Positions 60,055-64,000 of a DNA stretch of 64,000 bases are shown here, piece by piece. The stretch's first letter is position 1, and every line of letters starts with the position of its first letter. The DNA is taken from NCBI GenBank assembly GCA_036172245.1, contig JAYWIR010000023.1, positions 2,480,001 to 2,544,000 on the forward strand. Reading direction: 5' to 3'. The translations under genes and the position numbers were made by a program. The stretch comes from Raillietiella orientalis (lineage: Eukaryota). The notes under the pieces were generated by a model. That model searched no databases, had not been told where the DNA came from, and was given only the letters and a program-made list of their open reading frames with translations.

Positions 60055-63000
60055 GTAATAAAGGGTGGTGAGTAGGAAGGGGCAAAGGATGAGCGGACGT
60101 CCCCCCTCCCTCCTCCTCCGCTGTTTTCCCACCGCGAGCCGCTCGTCTTCTTACCTGTTCTTCGCCGGTCCTCCGGGAGAGCTCTGCTCGCGTGGCTGCC
60201 CCGGAAGTGGTCGAGGCGTTAGTTTCCTTCTTCCACCTCCTCCAATCCTCTCCTATCACTTCGGATTCGCGTCGTCAGAAGGACGTCGCCAGAGGTGTCC
60301 CGACCCTTTTTAAACGAAGCAGAGGAGAGGGAAGGGAGAAACGGATCACTCCGCTGCGGGGTGGGGTCCTGATCTCCGTCGGGATTCATCTGGGATGGAA
60401 CGGCTGTGTGCGCTTCTCATCGGAGCCATCCCACGGCCTCGTTCCGCGTCGATCGGTTTTCCGTTTCCACGGACGACGGGGGAGCTGTCGTCGCGCCGAG
60501 GAGAAGCAGCACGTCTAGCTCCGGGAGGAAAGGCTCGGCTGTCCAGGATTCAGAGCCTGATTGAAAGCCGGAAGGAGGCGAGTCATGGCCGGGACACAGC
60601 CTAAGTCTGGGTGAGGACCGCGTCCCTTTAGTAGGTCTCCTTTTCGCCGCGCGAGAAGTCGGAACTACGCCCTCCTTACCTTGCACGGGAGCACTTGCGC
60701 TGCTGTGGAGAGCAAGCGCCACTGCCTCCTGGCCGGAGGACGAGGGGACGCGTGTGGAGGACATTGGACGTCCTTTGGAAAGAGGGGGCTGGGGTGGGGT
60801 GGAGGAGGCGAACTGGACCAGTCGTGCTGCGAACGCGGAGTGAGGCACCATCAACCAGCCATCTTCGTCGCGCCAACCGCTGCTAGCGGAGCATCCCGGT
60901 TTCGGTAAAGAGGAAGGCATCCTATCCTCTGGTGGTGACGCGGGAGGCCGCGCGCGGGGCCAGTCACTTCCTCCTCGCCTCCCCATCCCTCCGTCACCCC
61001 ATTCCCGCTCTAACCAGCGACTCCCTTCCTGTGGATTTTCTCGAGGCGAGGGAAGGGGAAGGGGAAGAAGATGGTGCCACGATTCCCAGGTTCCAGTATC
61101 TTAAGTGGGACAATTACAGCTCTTTGCCTCCTCAGTCCTTTGGGGGGGGGGGGAGTTCTGACATCTGCCTCCTGCACCGGCAAAGGGTGGACCGTCGTTT
61201 CCACGTCACGTTCCGCGTCAGGCTCTTCTGCGACACTCTGGAGGAGCAGAGGGGGAAGGAGGGATCAAAGCGCTTCTCCATCCAAGGGAGGGGCGAGATA
61301 GGGCGCATGAAATCCGTTATTGTTTCATTTCGCGTCCATGTTGCCCCTGGAAGAGAAGCAGCCGCAGATCCTTGTGTACGGAGGGCCTTTTCTGTGCAAA
61401 CACCTCGTGCATCGTTTTTTTTCCTATTTTTCTTTCAAGCGCGCCCTCGTTTTGGCAGCGCGCCTCCCCTCTAGCGGGGGAAGAGACAAGCTCGGCAACG
61501 ATGAGGTCTCGCGGCAGGCAGGGGGCTCTTGCAGCAGCGTCTCGTCTGCGGAGGTTGCCACAGCCGAAAAAACAGAGAGCGCAGGGATGCCTCCCGATCT
61601 TTACGGTGGGCTTCGCCGCAGGTGATTTCGGGCGCGCTTTCTCAAGGTGCACGCGCGCGCGTTATTTTTAGAGCGAGCGCAGGTGCAATTCGTTCGCAAG
61701 CACGTGCTTGCCGGTCCCGGGAAGAAGGGGTTGCGGGGAGCGAGAGGAAGGCATGGTTAAGAGAAAGGGTACGAGCGGGCCCCGCGGTTCCGGTCCACTG
61801 AGCTTTCAGGATCTTCCTCTCCTCAGAAGCGAGCCGGCAGTTGCCTCAGGGCGATCCCTAGGCAACTGCCGGCAGTGTCCCGCGCTTCTCCCAGGTCTCG
61901 CGAGCTGCCATGCGGTCTTTGCGTCTGGGAGGCGATGGTCACGCCGGTCCAGAAGCTTGCTCGGATCCCGAGGCAAGCCCTAGGGGCCGTCTCCTCGGAA
62001 GAGGGAGAGTACGCGATCGCCCGCTGCTCCCTGCCCCACCGGAAGCTCCTGACGAAGGGGATCCACCTGATCCTCTCCGCGGGAGCTTCCCTTGTCTCTC
62101 CTGTGGACCTTTCCGCGTGGTTTTCCGGAGGACGGTCGGCGCCTCCCTGAGTTTCCCTTCTGTCCGGGCTCAGAGAAGCAACGGCGGGGTCCGACCGCCC
62201 GGATGAAGTTCCTCTTTCGGAGCAACCCGCTCTCCTTCAGGGATGCGAGTCGCGCTCCGGAGTAGGGAGCTAGCGATCTTCGCCAATCTTCTCGGCTCCC
62301 CTCCCTGCGCCGTTCGCGATCTCATGTGCTCATCCCTTGCGCTCATGGTTGCAGTTTGCTCCTGCGGCAAGCGATCAGGAACCTCTGGTAGCTGCGTTCC
62401 CGGAGGAAACGGTAGAGCATCCTTCCCTCCCCCTGTTGCTACTATGCACCCATGCGACGCGAAGGTGCGCGGACCGAGGTGGGTTGACGCCGTCCCTTGG
62501 TCGCCACCGACGCCATGCTCCCCCCCTCCCTTTCCCGACCGAGGGGTGGGGGCGATGCATCTTCCGCCAGAACGGAGGCTGCATCTCGTCCTCGAGGCGA
62601 CGACGCTGCCCGTCGCGTCAGCGACCACCTTCCCCGGCAAGCTCCAAGAAGTGGCTTCGCGGAGCGAGCGCGCAGAATGCGCAGCTTCTCGGATGAAAAG
62701 TACCGCGCGTCTCCTCGCGCTCAATTCACGTAAGAAGAGCACTAAGAATAATGCGTTGTTTTCTATTTATGGAGTGATTTATTCGTACGGAATTGCTTCT
62801 TCTATTTTTTAGTGGGCTGCTGACAAGCACCCGGTTTTCATCTCTCACCTCTGATTTATCGCGTCCTCCGTTCCTCGGCAACCGCCTGGTTTAAAGGATC
62901 CGGGAGCGTTTCCCCCACGACTGCCGAAAGGACGAGCGAAAAAAAACGGTATCACTGACGACCTGCTGCTCGGTCGCAGAGGCCTTTTTTTTTTTTTGCC

Positions 63001-64000
63001 ATCCTCGGTAGCTGCGCGCACTGGGAGCTCGTGCGCGGGGCCTACTCTGCTGCTGCCCGGGCAACCTCTGCGAGCTCATCCTCTCCAGCCTTCCTCCCGG
63101 CGCCGTCCGCGCGAGTTCCGCTCGCGCGCACCCGTCTCCGGCACCTCCCCCTTGCCTTCTCCCCGGCTACCGCCTCGCCGATTGTGGTCGCCCTCCCTCT
63201 TCTGCCAGTGCGCTCTCTCGCCCGGGTGCCCTTCCGCGTCCCAAGGCCCACCGAGGTCCCTCTGTCTGGTTTGTGGGGTGGCTTGGCTCCAAAGAGAGCG
63301 AGCGCCATTTGAGGGACCGTTGTCTGGACGAGACGCAGCAAGCCCGTGGGCGTGGTATCTGTTCTGCCGTCGTGGGGCTGTGCTGTTGGTCTTCTTCGAG
63401 TGTTGGGTCGTCCTCCGGACACAACTGGATGGCAGTCGGACTTTCCGGTGATGGCGTTGACGAAAGAGGGCGCGGGCGGAGGAAGCCAACCGGGAGGAGG
63501 TGGAGGGTTTGCTACGAGAGCCCTGCTCGTCGACGCGAAGGAACGCCGGAGGTTCCGTGAGTAGGTGGTGCGTTGGATGGGTACTGTCCAGGTACTTTCG
63601 CGGCTTGCGCCTGACGGGCGATGGGGCGCGGCTACGCTGGGAGTCCGCGGAGAGGAGAGAAGATCTGCCAAGAGCTGTGGGCGAGGGCGCTCCCGGAGGC
63701 GATGTGAGACCGCTGGCGCAGACGTGGCATCAGGGGCTCATGGGGATGGGTGCCTCCTTTCCTGCAGCTCCTGCTGCTTTGTGCCAGGCTATTTCCCTGT
63801 GCTCATGGCTTATTCGTGGTCCGTTGGAATCGTGGAAAGGCGCCCGGAGCCACCAGGACGGCGCCTCATGCCGTTCATTGTCTTCGGCGAGCCTTCTGAC
63901 TGCATCCGTGGCGCCAACGGGCGCGGTAGGTCCTTGCGAGACTCTGATGACCTTCCCTATCAGCTGTTGAACTCCGTCCGAACGTCTGAAGGGAGGAAGG

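Noticed and set aside
61895..62150. Phase-2 acceptor with open frame ...VQKLARIP...AIARCSLPHRK as the missing last MTP exon
   Set aside because: Only faint resemblance; lacks the conserved terminal N..MC motif. The true last exon probably lies beyond the window.
44836..63970. Dozens of long Arg/Pro/Gly/Ala-rich ORFs on both strands (e.g. 51471-53222, 48940-49992)
   Set aside because: Expected from stop-codon scarcity in GC-rich DNA; no domain motifs; several are antisense shadows of MTP exons.
1..64000. CRISPR arrays, operons, rRNA, intact tRNA genes, prokaryotic defence systems
   Set aside because: None seen; the window is intron-containing animal DNA, and the peptidase E gene has four spliceosomal introns, so it is not bacterial contamination.

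Overview
Eukaryotic (invertebrate, most likely arthropod) genomic DNA, not prokaryotic; most long GC-rich ORFs in the ORF track are spurious. Six spliced genes could be assembled by hand from splice sites and reading phases: a DIP/lachesin-type three-Ig cell-surface protein (+, 8099-22743), ZGPAT (+, 25400-27355), a C1orf131/DUF4602 homologue (-, 27439-28138), a TDRD5/tejas-like LOTUS-Tudor protein (+, 33302 to about 37164), alpha-aspartyl dipeptidase/peptidase E (-, 37204-38154) and the microsomal triglyceride transfer protein large subunit (+, 51744 to beyond 60054, last exon not found). The rest is decayed mobile DNA (hAT transposase relic, several LINE relics, a piggyBac-like MITE, a tRNA-type SINE head) and microsatellites. 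The most notable observations are: a cryptic many-small-exon gene or pseudogene on the minus strand at about 29.0-32.7 kb that the ORF track hardly sees; a TDRD5-like protein with four LOTUS domains, none showing the Vasa-binding eLOTUS helix; pervasive 40-50 nt introns, some without a pyrimidine tract; two GC-AG introns in MTP; and an abrupt change from AT-rich, CpG-depleted DNA to GC-rich, CpG-rich DNA. I found no convincing wholly new biological system. All homology calls are from remembered motifs; no search was run.
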